A stretch of DNA of 64,000 bases, taken from NCBI RefSeq assembly GCF_964204645.1, contig NC_134030.1:18188210-18252209 (forward strand), given 5' to 3'. The translations under genes were made by a program, and so were the position numbers. The stretch comes from Tubulanus polymorphus. Its lineage: Eukaryota; Animalia; Nemertea. Each line of letters begins with the position of its first letter. The first letter of the stretch is position 1. Positions 36,536 through 49,350 of the stretch are shown piece after piece. Below the pieces are notes generated by a model. That model ran no database searches. It was not told the origin of the DNA and saw nothing but the letters and a program-made list of their open reading frames with translations.

Positions 36536-36984
36536 ATCGCGGCAATATCGTTCATAACTTCATGAAAGGGACTATCGCCTATAGGGCTGCTACGGTCAGC
36601 TCAGAAAGGTCCGACACTTTTTTCATCAAATGTTTTTACTTTTCGCTTCCTCCGTTTGCACGCGGATATATTAAACATTATCATCTAAATAATCTGTTAA
36701 ACTTCCTCAACCAGAGCGAGTGTTTTAGATGTGAACCAATCCTTTCGATATCACGATGACGAGGACAAGTTTGTTCTTAATAATCTGCACGGTTTTATTT
36801 CTACTGGGGAATTTATACATTACAGAAACATCTGGAGCTATAAGTAAGTAACTGCGGCTGTCATTACTCGTCTTAGTAATTATATTTCTATCGGATTTGC
36901 GAATTCAACCGATGACGTCAGATTCAGTGCAGTAGATGATAGATTTACTACAGGCCCTTTCACATGTTATTGACAACAGATCAG

Positions 36985-37235
36985 GGGCTAATTTTATAGA
37001 CTGGTATTAAATTTAACTCGGGGTTCAATTCCAATTCATTTTCAATTAATTTAACCCAGGGGTTTAAGTTAATACCAGTCTATAAAGCAGGGCCCTGGGG
37101 CCAGTTGCGCAGTCATGACTTAAGTCCAAAAGTGGTCTTAAATCTTAAGACTGGTCTTTAGTTGTTAGATTAGCTATAGAACGAAGTTGGTCTTAGACTG
37201 GTCTTAAGTCTAAGCCATGACTATGCAACTGGCCC
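36985..37235. mobile_element. Two abutting CWG-target MITEs (36985-37094 and 37098-37235)
   Basis: Second: TIR GGGCCAGTTGC with CTG on both sides; a partial copy lies at ~52385-52498. First: TTTATAGACTGGTATTAA inverted ends, flanked by CAG/CTG. Confidence 0.75.
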
Positions 37236-37462
37236 CTGGAGATTTACAAAGTATTCGAGTCTGTCTGTCATACTTTATTTCACATGAAGTATGTATATCT
37301 TGATGTCTGGTTGAATAAACACGAGTCTTCTAGCTCGAATCGATTACATTAATTGCTTTCCAGTTAATTACTTAATTACTTAATTAATTACCAGTGACTT
37401 TTCGGAAATGAATCCGAAACGGTTAAAATTTGCAATACATACATATATATGTATTTTTTCAG

Positions 37463-37792
37463 TAATTCATTCGATGCCTGTCCCTGATCCTGATGGAGGA
37501 CCCGACATAAAAAAGGAAGAGGAGCTGATTGAATATACTTGTATAACAACAAGTGTCGGAAATTCTTCTACTGTTATATTCCAACAGAAGAGAAGAGGTT
37601 CTGAACAATGGGAAACAATTCCAGACGAAAAGCTTAACAGAACTCAAGACCTAAAGAATGTTAATTCCGTTAAGCTAGAATTCAAAGCTGATTTCACACT
37701 GCACAATGGTACAACATTTAGATGTCTAATAAAGGAAAACCAAACAGATCCAGAACCTATTCAATTTGATCTAATCGTAGTTCATCGATCTG
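37463..37792 (+). CDS. Isolated phase-1 Ig-like domain exon
   Basis: TTTTTTCAG acceptor and GTAAGT donor; IEYTC...W...HNGTTFRC...FDLIVV. No partner exons found. Confidence 0.6.
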
Positions 37793-37816
37793 GTAAGTAG
37801 CAGTTTGTGTAGCTTA

Positions 37817-38398
37817 TTGAAATGTCTAATGTCTGGTGTTTGTAGTTCATTTTCAATTGAAAATGTCTCAGGTGAAGCACTGAACACATGTGAAGAGTGG
37901 ACGACCAGTTTTTGAAAGTGTTCTGATAAAATGTCTAATGTCTGGTGTTTGTAGTTCATTTTCAATTGAAAATGTCTCAGGTGAAGAACTGAACACATGT
38001 GAAGTGTGGACGATCAGTTTGTGAAAGTGTGCTGATAAAATGTCTAATATCTGGTGTTTGTAGTTCATTTTCAATTAAAAATGTCTCAGGTGAAGCACTG
38101 AACACATGTGAAGTGTGGACGATCAGTTTTTGAAAGTGTGCTGATAAAATGTCTAATATCAGGTGTTTGTAGTTCATTTTCAATTGAAAATGTCTCAGGT
38201 GAAGCACTGAACACATGTGAAGTGTGGACGATCAGTTTTTAAAAGTGCGCTGGTAAAATGTCTAATGTCTGGTGTTTGTAGTTCATGTCTCAGGTGAAGC
38301 ACTGAACACATGTGAAGTGTGGACGATCAGTTTTTGAAAGTGCGCTGGTAAAATGTCTAATGTCTGGTGTTTGTAGTTCATTTTCAATTAAAAATGTG
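37817..38398 (+). repeat. 109-bp tandem repeat, ~5.4 copies
   Basis: Units start at 37821, 37930, 38039, 38148, 38257 and 38351 (one unit has a 15-bp deletion). Confidence 0.95.
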
Positions 38399-38933
38399 AA
38401 GTTCTGAAGTAGTGATTTGCATATCAGTAGGTTATTTAAAAGAGGTAAACCAATTCAGATACATTTCAATGCATTCTTGAATTTATAAAAATATCCTCAA
38501 ATTGGCAGCCCTACGATTCAATGTCAAATTAATATCTCTGTTTAACGGATGATTATAGCTGGTTTAATTTGGTGTAGCTTCCTCCTTGATATGCGTATTT
38601 ATTTATCCATCTATCTATTTCATCTCGGTACAAAAAAATATCTTGTGTCAACTATTTTACAAAGATATCTAGTTTAAACAAATTGCCCTCTCCAATTCAA
38701 GGTCGTTGGTTTTTGATTCGGTATATTTGATACGCTGGTAACATTCCGGTCGATATAATGCTTCATTCATCACCAATCTCATCTTTTATTTATCTTTCTT
38801 CTATTTCTGTTGTTTATCCAAAATTATGCAATTTAAAAATCGGCTACTTTGCATGCATTCTCCATACGTTATTAGATAACCACCAATCAAGACGAAATGA
38901 ATGGAAAATTCATTTTACGTAGCAAAATGAGAA

Positions 38934-39137
38934 GGTCTCGCGCAATGGCCGAGTGGTTTAAGCCACCAGTCGCTGGTCTCGTCAATCCAGGGTTTGAACC
39001 CTCAAACCCTGGTGGCGACAGAGTTTCTTGGTCGGAGGTTCTTCTCTGGTCCCCTCTCCCTCAATTGGGAAAAAGAAACATCGAACCCGCTAATAATGCC
39101 CTGCGTGGCGCCTAGCGGGCTGTAGGTGTAAAAAAAC
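38934..39137 (+). mobile_element. tRNA-derived SINE
   Basis: A box TGGCCGAGTGG, B box GGTTTGAACCC, A-rich tail. Confidence 0.65.
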
Positions 39138-40105
39138 TGTATTTTTTACTGGGTATTACAGGAAGTATTGCGATTATTTTCATTCATTGTCTCAATATTT
39201 CATTCATTCATTCAATTCTCATCGACAGTTCTGTGCGTTACTTTTCATTTTTTGTCGTTGTTGATTTCATGCAAATAGTTTTTAAACCTCCGGTTCGCAG
39301 ATCAGATATTTTGAATTTAGAATCAGGAAATTTCTTGACACATTTATCGAACAGGTGATGGAGTAATCCCGAAATCGATTTGTGTCTTGTTATGTCTAAT
39401 TTAGAAATTGCTACCGAAGATTTTACTGTAGTTTTTGTCGTATAAAAATGTTTTCCGATTGAACCAGTAAACAACACAAATTTCTTTCTAGTTCCGTGAT
39501 ATAAATTTATCTCTGAATATTCCTAAATTTTGCACTATATCTACTATCGAAAGTCCATTTCAAGAATGTTTAGCTTCCTCATTGCCCCGATTATGTTTGA
39601 GAATAGAGAATTGAAATTACTAAAAGAACATACAAATAATTGTGTTTCAGCATTTAATATTAATGATAAAATTGAAATATATAACAGAACTGTATATATA
39701 TAATTATAATATATTGATGATATATAATACAACTATTGAGTAGTATTCATGTTTATGTTATCTATTGACCTATTTGGGCACCCCATCATTTAGTAGGGTC
39801 TTCAAATAGACTCGGGGTGCACTCTCAATAAATTCAATGTGCTCAGTGTTCTATATGGTAATCATGTACGCACTTAGAAATCAAATCAATTCATTCAAAG
39901 GCAATTTGACAATTCCGCTAAAATCCGAAACAGAAGTATATATTCATATTGCATCACGAAGGTCGCCGATATACCAACGAAAGAAGAAGGCGTGGACGTT
40001 TGTGAAATATATATATATATACATATGTATATTCATATAGCTCTCAACATACAAGTAGTTTCAATAAATTGTCAACCGTAATTAGAGTTAGAGTTTGATT
40101 GGTCG

Positions 40106-41059
40106 ATGCTGGCTGCACCTTCAGTACCCCGCAACCGCACAAACCCCACTAATCTTTACACAGCCATCGTACTGGCTCCAACTACGATAAACGGAACTTA
40201 TCTATGGTTTTACCTCGTATTCGCCGGTCTGTGTTTTATTCTCGGACTCGTCGGTAATCTCCTCATCGTGATAGTTTTGCGGCGACGTAAATTATGGCGA
40301 CGTTCTTTTAGTCGTATGTTCGTTCAACTAGCGGTCTGCGACACTCAGGTTCTCGGCTGTTACTTCATGAAATACATCAACGTTATATCTTATACATTTC
40401 ACGGAAGGATACTGGTCAAACCGTCAACACGTATGCAATGTATACTCTTTGGTTATTTTATATCAGGTGGACTCTCGTGCAGTCCGTGGACGCTGGTCCT
40501 CGTAGCCACCGAGCGAATGTGTGTCGTTCGTTTTCCGTTTAGAGGTCCTCGTTTCTGGAGCACGGATACCGCTTCTAAACTCTGTGTCTCCGTAATATGC
40601 TTCGTAGCGCTGGGCTTTAGCTATTTACTTGTAACTATCGATGTTAGTGACAATGGTTGTGTCTATATAGATATGCCCCTGCTTACGTCCATCCTTGCCT
40701 CGATAGGTCCGTTTATGCTGTTAACCATCATGTCCGCGATAACATCTATCACGTTATTCAGAAAAAAAGGTGGCACATCGGAAACAACTCGAGCATCGAA
40801 ATACTCGAACCAGGTAACCGTGTTGGTTCTGTTACTGTGCGTCTTTTTCATGGTTACAACATTCCCGACTTTTATCATCAACCCTTTTGTCCTGAAAAAT
40901 CCAGAACTAAAAAACATCTTCGCCGTCCTCAACGATATTTTAATGATGAATTATTCGTTTAATCTCTACTTGTATCTAATGACGGGAAAAGAAATCAGAA
41001 AAGAATTGTGGAACATGATTTTCAGAAAGAAACGCAACGTATGTCAAATCTTAGTTTAA
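40106..41059 (+). CDS. Intronless rhodopsin-family (class A) GPCR, peptide-receptor/chemoreceptor-like
   Basis: 317-aa ORF with seven hydrophobic segments. TM1 GN, TM2 LAVCD, TM3 ERM (DRY variant) followed by VRFP, TM6 TTFP, TM7 NYSFNLYLY; N-terminal N-glycosylation sites. Confidence 0.9.
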   Translation: MLAAPSVPRNRTNPTNLYTAIVLAPTTINGTYLWFYLVFAGLCFILGLVGNLLIVIVLRRRKLWRRSFSRMFVQLAVCDTQVLGCYFMKYINVISYTFHGRILVKPSTRMQCILFGYFISGGLSCSPWTLVLVATERMCVVRFPFRGPRFWSTDTASKLCVSVICFVALGFSYLLVTIDVSDNGCVYIDMPLLTSILASIGPFMLLTIMSAITSITLFRKKGGTSETTRASKYSNQVTVLVLLLCVFFMVTTFPTFIINPFVLKNPELKNIFAVLNDILMMNYSFNLYLYLMTGKEIRKELWNMIFRKKRNVCQILV

Positions 41060-42529
41060 AGACACTCGAAGCACCATCGCGGAAACAATATCTATATCAG
41101 CACCGGCCATGTCTTCTATCTAATTAATTCAATTAAACAAGAAATCCGTATACGCTAAATTAGAACATTAACTCTACGTCTTTCTTTCCTCATTTCTAAT
41201 TTATCCAATTAAGTAAAAATGAATCTTATTCTAACTTTTTAATCATACGGAACATTTAATTAAAGACACACCGACAACTTCGAAAAATTTCCTCTCGTTC
41301 TCCGCCCTTGAACTATCAAACTGCTATCCGACGTACAACCGTCAGTCAGATGATGATAATATTCAAATAGAGCGTATTTGTTGAAAGTGTATTTAATTCA
41401 GTGACGAATTTACCGAGGAAAAATCTATCTTTAAGAAAATCTGTGTCGAAATTCCAGTGTTTGCGATACCTAAAGTATCAATACTTCGTAGCAAATATAC
41501 AAATCTGATCCTGAAAATTAGGATGATGCTCCCTGGTATACAGTGAACCCACGATGTACCACCCTCCCATATACCGCCAGGTTCAGTCCATGCACCCCGC
41601 TTTACCGCCATACCCTCTAAACCACCAAAATCGTTTTGCACCGATATGGGAGGTATATCTGGGGTCGATCGTATTGATAAGAATGAGCATGTCCGCAACT
41701 GTTAATGGCAAATCGTCTACAGTACCTACGAAATAGATTTTTCTGTTTACGATGTCCTCAGATTGTTTTCGTCGAGTTAGAAACCAAGTCTGGCTCTATA
41801 GCTCTGCTCAAAGCAGCCATGCACCACTCCAGTTTATATATCCTCATCGAATCGTTTACAACAACGAAATACATTAGAAAAAAAAACATTCAAATTTTTT
41901 GAAAATCTATTCGTTTGACAAGATATACATTTACACAATTCTCACATCTTCCAGAATATTTGGGGTGAAAATTGTATGTCTTTCTCCAAAAATTTTGCCT
42001 GAAATCAAGTAAGTTTGGAAGCATACGAATATTTTGAACATAAGCAAATGAAAATGTTTTGCCAATGAATGAAACTTATGAAATCGTGGTTCAAATTTTC
42101 TTAAGGTGGTCATCTGGGTGGAACTTCGTTGAGTGTTCCGATTTACCTTACACAATGCCGTACTATTTTGGACTGAGGAAATAAAGCAATTCAGTGGGAA
42201 ACTGAGTTAATCAAGACATGAACTTTCTGTCCATACATGCTATTATATACAAATGTGATTGTCACCTAAACAATGCAACGACATGTAAAATATACATATA
42301 CATACATTTATCATTACTTTCATCATGCATGCAGCATTGATTTACATTTTTCCCAGACAGACACAGGTTGACGGTAAGATTATCCGGACGTTCGGTAGAA
42401 GTAAGCCTCTTAAAACCGTATGAAAATCATTGCGCTAAACACGCCCGATTTACCCTCTGTTCATCGACATTCTTTAAAAAGCAGGAATGTATTTGACACG
42501 CGAGCTTTGAATCTTATCACTCAACAAAC

Positions 42530-43602
42530 ATGAAGGTTTGTACCACGAATATCAACAGGAATCAGAATTATTAGAACTGTTAGTAAACTGTAGGTCTGTG
42601 TTGTATACATTGTTCGAAAATTGGTCATTTTTACAGATCTTCGTTTTGGTTGTCGCAGTCGTTTTACTCATTTCAGGAGTAGTTTCCACCGAAGGTAAGC
42701 GAATTAGATCTTATTTGGATCCTCGTGATTTAATCATAAAATGATAAAAACTAATTGTATCGAATCCGATATGTACATGTATCTCATAAATAACCAACCA
42801 AACTCTCGGTTTTCATTCCATTCTTACCGATAATTGATTATGTTGATAATAACGATAATCAAACAATTACTAGAAAATGGCATAACGTCAAGCGTGTCAT
42901 CACGATAAATTAAAAGTTAAGTTTTTCCTTTGAAGAGTGTGAGAGCTAACAAAAATCAAGATTTCCGCTTGTGGCCATGAGCGAGAAAGCTGCAGTAAAT
43001 CATGTACCTATCCATAACTCAAGCCGGGTTTAAAAGGAAATCGCAGGTCATTCGATGTGTGTAGACCGCTAACAGCTGACTGACGCGAGGACTGAGACGT
43101 GCATGATTCACTAATGAATGAATAGTAAATTGTGATTTTAGAGAAAAATATGTGGTGGTGAAATGGACTAGGTGATACTAAAACAAAGTATCATTATCGT
43201 CAATTAAATCATCGGAGGATGTCATAGGTGACTATAGCGCTCTACACACATCAAATAATGCCCATTTCATTAAACTTGGTACGGGGTACGAGGTCACTGA
43301 ATGATATGATTTGATATTGTGCCGGTGTGGTTAATATCGCTTGTTCCCGTCATTCCGCTACAGTACAACGCCCGGTTAAAAAACCGTTTTCCAAAACAAT
43401 GATCGAGTTAGCACAATTTGAAAACGATACTGTTTTTTTCTATCTTTCAGAATTATCTTCTCATAGAACCAAAAGGCGTTTTCCGTGTACGTGCGCTGAC
43501 GGTAAACGAGGTGTAAGATTCTATGAGGTCGGTTGCGGCGATGGATACCACAAATGTGGTTATAGATCGTACTATAACCCGACAACTTGTTGCTCCAAAT
43601 AA
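42530..43602 (+). CDS. Secreted 6-Cys peptide precursor, sea-anemone toxin/beta-defensin-like
   Basis: Exons 42530-42535, 42637-42694, 43451-43602 give MKIFVLVVAVVLLISGVVSTEELSSHRTKR-RFPCTCADGKRGVRFYEVGCGDGYHKCGYRSYYNPTTCCSK. Signal peptide, furin site, AATAAA at ~43641. Confidence 0.87.
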
Positions 43603-44352
43603 GGGATCTGTTATGAGTCGATAATTCGACGATTCTAATGAATAAAGGATATCATTTCAATGCAATTGATTATCGGTCTGTTTTTTCGTTGATTTTCCTG
43701 GTTGATATACGTAGTCGCTAAAATATCGAAAGTTTGCTGCTGTTCTAGAATGAACTAACCGATGTTTCGGTTGGTCTGATACAGCGGCAAACTGTGCCGA
43801 TGATTGTTTTGCCTGCAGGTGCGATGGGAAGCCGCAACGCTATTGTGGCAATCGATGATTCCTCATGTTGCAAGCAAATATCCGCCGGGTGTCGCTAGTG
43901 TAGATGATAAATCAATCTCGTATATGTACGACGTTCGGAAGCTTTCTCGGTTAATGAAGACATAAATCTGAATTGCTTATTTACAAGTATCGACATCTTT
44001 AAAATTTCTCTATTCTGCATCGGAATGCAGAGCTTAACTAGAAAATGACGTCGATAGGATGCTCTTCATTATAACTATTGTTGAATAGTTTATCGTTTCC
44101 AAATGAACGCGTTGTTTTCTGTAAGATCGTGAATTCGATTCAAAGCGCACGAGATACTGTAGAAAATGTTATTGTTGCAACCAGCGTAGTTAGGTTTATA
44201 TTTTGTAGCAGATTATACTGCTGCTGCCTGGCAGTAACATATTGAGGTCAGCTAATCATTTGGCAACGCGGAAATCTGCGTTAACTTATTGTTTTTAATA
44301 GTGCGTGGATATTTTGGTGGAAAAGTATCGACTTTCTAATCTCCAACACGTA

Positions 44353-47350
44353 TCCAGCTAGCACAGCGACGTTGGAATGACGTCAGATGATCGTCGCCGA
44401 CTGACCCTACCGACGTCGGAATTTCAACATCAACTAGACGTCAATTCACCAGCTCATATCGACCTTTTTTTCAAAATTTATGAGCATTTTACATTTTGAA
44501 AGCACTGTTGCATTGTGTGTTAAATAAAATTGAGATTGTGTGCCAATTTGCGATTCTATAATTTTTTTCTCTATACGTCATCATTTGCGACGTTGGACAG
44601 TCGTCTGAAAATGACGCCATTCCGATGCTGGGGTCATGACATTGAATGAAGAGTCACTCTAACTTCTTTTGCAGATGTTACGTCTAATCAACTTTTAAAG
44701 ACTTCAATTTGTTTAAAAAACGAAAATAAACTTTAAATCGTTTCGGAAGTCGCGTGAATTTTATTTGTAGCGCGCGTGGGATTCGACTCTACAATGGTGA
44801 ATACTTGACGGTCTCGAACGGTTGCGAACTAGTACAAACCATTAGCGAAAGTAGAAACCGGCACGCCGTGAGAAATTCTTTTGTCGTATTGTATGGTAAA
44901 TTTTCGCATTCATAATCTTCTTCCATCCGCGCAAGCATTGAAGAGACCGACAATAATAAGGGGTAATAGCTAACAATTGTTTACGGAGAATCTTTATATC
45001 GCTAATAGTTAGAGAAAATCACAGTATTTTAAAGCAGTAGGCCTATCACCAAAATAAATCCGGGCCACGGCTCGTATTCGTAATTACCTTTTTAATAGGC
45101 CTAACCCTCTTCCCGAGTCTAAGCCACGTTTTAATCGTAAAATAACTTCTTTCAAAACTCTTGGTTAATTGGTGAACAGAAAGATTAGATCTGTTGAGAC
45201 CTCCTTATATGGGCTAGGCCTAAAAGCCTTGTTTGTTTTTCCCGTTCACGTTAAAATAATTCCATCTCATCTGGCTTTTCTTGCTTCGCTCTGCTGAAAT
45301 GTCATTTGAAAGAAAAAAAAAATGACACTACTGTGTCTTCTTGGACAAAGCGCCGGCAAATATTGGCTGAGGTTAATCAAATAATGCAGTCATTTACAGA
45401 TGATGAGAGTAGACCTAACAACAATGGTTCTGTTTTAAATGAAAACCAGAGTAATGAACTCTACCTCATCACAGCCCATCACACCTGAAATGAACTCAAA
45501 TGAGATTCCTGACCAAAGTGGCTGCGATGAAATTTATTTCACGATGTTCGACAATAGTATTGATGACACTGACAATGTCAGTAGCGGTGATACACCTAAT
45601 CCAGGCCTACTGTATTCCAGTGGTGATGAATCCGATTCCCGTCGTTCTAATAAAACTGATGATCACAGTTTACAAGATAGGTTAAAGGAGTGGGCTGTCA
45701 AAAACTCTATTTCGCATGTTTCAATGTCAGAACTTCTGTCCTTATTACAGCCATATCACCCTTATTTACCTCGCGATTCTCGCACCCTTCTAAAAACGGC
45801 TCGTTCCAATTCATACGAAATATTATCTCTCTCCGGTGGGTCATATTTTCATTTTGGTCTACAGAGGTCACTTTGTCTTTTGATTGAAAATCTAGCCACC
45901 CGGTTTGTAGTATCATGTGAGCTAAAATTACTAGTTAATGTTGATGGCAACCCTCTTTTTGAAAGTAGCAAAGCATTTTGGCCTGTTTTATGAAGCTGAT
46001 TCTTCGGAACAATTTAGAAGGAACAAAAATTTTCATTGCTGGCTTATACTTTGCACGCAACAAGCCTACCGATACTAAATTCCTGGACCCATTTATTAAT
46101 GAGATGGTCGACCTTGAGCGGAATGGCTTTTTGTACGATGAAATGCGATATACAGTATCTTTATCCGCAGTGATATGTGATGCACCTGCACTTGCATTTG
46201 TCAAACATATCAAAGGCCACAATGGTTATTATGGATGCAGCGAGTGTAGCATACCAGGTACCTGGGATACTAAAATGATATTCAACAATAGCAATTATCC
46301 ATTACGTACCGATACCAATTTTAGATAAATGTCTGATCAGGACCACCATATTCAAGGGGTTTCTCCTTTTACACGCCTCCCTATAGATGTGATTACGCAT
46401 TTTCCTCTGGATTATATGCATTTGGTTTGTCTTGGAGTTGTGAAACGGCTGATTAAGTTTTGGTTGAATGGTCCTTTAAACTGCAGGATGCCATCTCACA
46501 TCATTGCGAGTATTTCTCAAAAAATTATACAGTTGTCGAAATTTGTGCCATCAGAATTCAATAGAAAAGGCCGGTCGTTCTCTGAATTAGCTTACTGGAA
46601 AGCAACAGAATAAAGATTGTTTCTTCTGTATACTGGAATTGTGGCACTAAAATCTCAGCTGCCTGAAGAGTTATATAGGAATTTTCTAATCCTTAGTGTT
46701 GCTATTTGGTGCTTATGTCACCCTACTATGTATTTGTCTCATTCTGATTATGCCAACAGCCTCCTTTACTTATTTGTGGATAGTTACTCAACAATCTATG
46801 GAAATAAGGCTATGGTTTATAATGTTCACAACCTGATTCATATTTCTGATGATGTAAAAAAACATGGAAATCTTGATGATTATTCAGCATTTCCATTTGA
46901 AAGCTATTTAGGACGCATTAGAACAATGTTAAGAAGTGGAACCGATCCTCTTCAGTAGGTCATAAGGCGCATACTTGAACGAGATGGGTCAGCTGACAAG
47001 TCTACTCATTCTTCCAGCATTCGTCCCCTGTCTGACGTCATAGTGGGCCCTTACCCATAAATAGAGGTGATTTAAATGTGGTCTTAACACAGTTAAAAAA
47101 ACTGAAGATCAATGGATATGAACTGAAAACCTCAGTTCCATCCAGACAATTGTATTCAAATTGGAAATGAAATTGCTCTTGTGAGAAATATACTCGAAAA
47201 TAATGACAACATGTATATGGTGTATGAAAGATTCTGTCAGTATACTGACTGTTTTTCCTATCCATTGTCATCTGCTCACCTTGGTATTCATTTGGTCAGC
47301 AAGTTAGCTGGATTCGTATCATACACTCCTCTGTCAAATTTTACAGTTAC
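44353..47350 (+). mobile_element. Decayed CMC (CACTA/EnSpm/Mirage-like) transposon with fragmented transposase
   Basis: Putative left end TCCAGCTAGCACAGCGACG with GACGT subterminal motifs. ORF fragments 45439-46958 carry NVDGNPLF, FWPVL, CDAPALAF...GHNGYYGCSEC, DYMHLVCLGV, WKATE, YNVHNLIH and SAFPFESYL, with several stops and frameshifts. Right end not found. Confidence 0.82.
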
Positions 47351-47619
47351 AGATAACAGCCGTTTAGCTGGTAAAACACAGGCTCGAGGGACCAAATGTC
47401 CTGACGGGTAAACCATATATGAACTACGAAGAACGTGTTTCAGTGAGCAATATAGTATGAGTGGACACTCAGATTAATTCTGTACATAATTTATAGTTGA
47501 TCAGTTTCATGGTAGGATAAGTACTGACAGGTACTAATATTCATTCGTGATTTGTACTGTAGAAACATAATACATGTGTTGATTACCATGGATTACTGAT
47601 AATAATAATACTCGCGACA

Positions 47620-47822
47620 ATTTGATACACTTGATTTGATATGTGATGCACTCGGTTTGATATTTGATTTGATACACTTGGTTTGATATTTGATTCGATG
47701 CACTCGGTTTGATATTTGATTTGATGCACTCGATTTGATATTTAATTTGATACACTTGATTTGATATTTGATTTGATACACTCGATTTGATATTTAATTT
47801 GATACACTTGATTTGATGCCCG
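47620..47822. repeat. Minisatellite, ~26-bp unit TTTGAT(A/G)CACT(C/T)G(A/G)TTTGATATTTGA
   Basis: About 8 degenerate copies. Confidence 0.85.
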
Positions 47823-48346
47823 ATTGGATATGAATACATTACATTAACTCGGTAACTACCAGGATAGATCATAAATTGATTTCCATTTCACGTATTGTAC
47901 AAATTGTGTATTCGAATTTTCCTAGGTCGTTTTGTTATTTCTGGACATTTCGACTAAAAGAACTCTATTTAGAATCGCTCTTCCCCAGCGTATGATTTTA
48001 CTTACCCGCTCTGTCAGCAGTTTCGTGATGAATGTATGAATAATATGGCCGGAATAATATAGAAATTGCATCGATTTTTCGTAAAAAAACATGTTTTGAC
48101 GGCAAATATGAATGAAGCGTTTTAGCACTTAATTTTAACAAATATTCCATAGGTGCGGTTGGGTGGAGGACTGTTAACATAATTGTTACGTATGAAAGCC
48201 CCGAGGTATGGAAGCCCTAAACGACCGATTGCGACATCACCACTTATGTTTTACGAAATTTATGTTTGAAGACATTACGGGTTACGATTTGGACGTTTAA
48301 CGATTGGCCACTACAACAGTTCGGTTGTTCAGAACTTCATCAGAGA

Positions 48347-48762
48347 TATTTTCAAAAAAGAAACTGATCATCCACGTTCACATGTGTTCAGAACCTCACC
48401 TGAGACATTTTTAATTGAAAATTAACTACAAACACCAGATATTAGACATTTTATCAGCACACTTTCAAAAACTGACGGTCCACACTTCGCGTTCGCGTTG
48501 TGTTCAGTGTTTCGCCTGAGACATTTTTAATTGAAAATGAACTACAAACACCAGATATTAGACATTTTATCAGCACACTTTCAAAAACTGATGGTCCACA
48601 CTTCACATGTGTTCAGTGCTTCATCTGAGACATTTTTAATTGAAAATGAACTACAAACACCATACATTAGACATTTTATCATCGCATTCAAAAACTGATC
48701 ATCCACCCTTCACATGTGTTCAGTACTTCACGTCTGACATTTTCAAATGGAAATTAACTGCA
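48347..48762 (-). repeat. Inverted, more diverged array of the 109-bp repeat (~3.5 copies)
   Basis: Reverse complement of the 37817-38398 unit. Confidence 0.9.
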
Positions 48763-49028
48763 AGCACAGGAACAAAAAAAGCCTCATATATTTGCATGGA
48801 ACATCTATCCAGAATACAAACAATATTTCGAGTTTAATCAACTATCGAGTTTAATCAACTATCTTTTGCGAGAAATCAATAAACCTCGTTAATAATTTTA
48901 ATGCCTACGGAAGGACACTCCTATTGTAAAACTGACAATCATGGATTTATTCTTTATCTATCTTATTTAGAAGGGACAACACGAAACTGCGTGCCGCATC
49001 GTACCCGCTACCGGAACCGACAATAGAA

Positions 49029-49350
49029 TCCTCCCTCGGCAGGGATTCGAACCAGATGGCATCGAGAATGCCACGGTACGAAACCCTGCCACACTAGACC
49101 GAGTGCGTGACTTAGATGTTGTCATTATCAGCCAATCAGGAATCACGTCTTATTCTAGCTCAGGTTTTCCCATATATGGTTCATCCGTGTAATTTATCTA
49201 AGTGATTATACAACAAGCAAACTGATTGGTGCCTCAGGTTTTCGTGCGGCAAAGCGGCGCATGTACCTGCGCACCGGTCTATTGTGGCAGGGGTTCGTGC
49301 CTCAGCAGTGTAGCGATGCCATCAGGTTCGAATCCCTGCCGTGGGAGGAT
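49029..49350. mobile_element. Head-to-head pair of tRNA-derived SINE-like heads
   Basis: 49029-49107 (-) and 49270-49350 (+) share CGCAC..GGTCTA.TGTGGCAGGG...GATGCCATC.GGTTCGAATCCCTGCCG.GGGAGGA, which includes a B box. Confidence 0.6.

Noticed and set aside
37817-38398. Possible CRISPR-like array and its short ORFs
   Set aside because: Contiguous 109-bp units with no unique spacers, in a eukaryotic context with no cas genes.
47534-47872. ORFs with QIKYQ / SNQI repeats
   Set aside because: These are translations of the 26-bp minisatellite.
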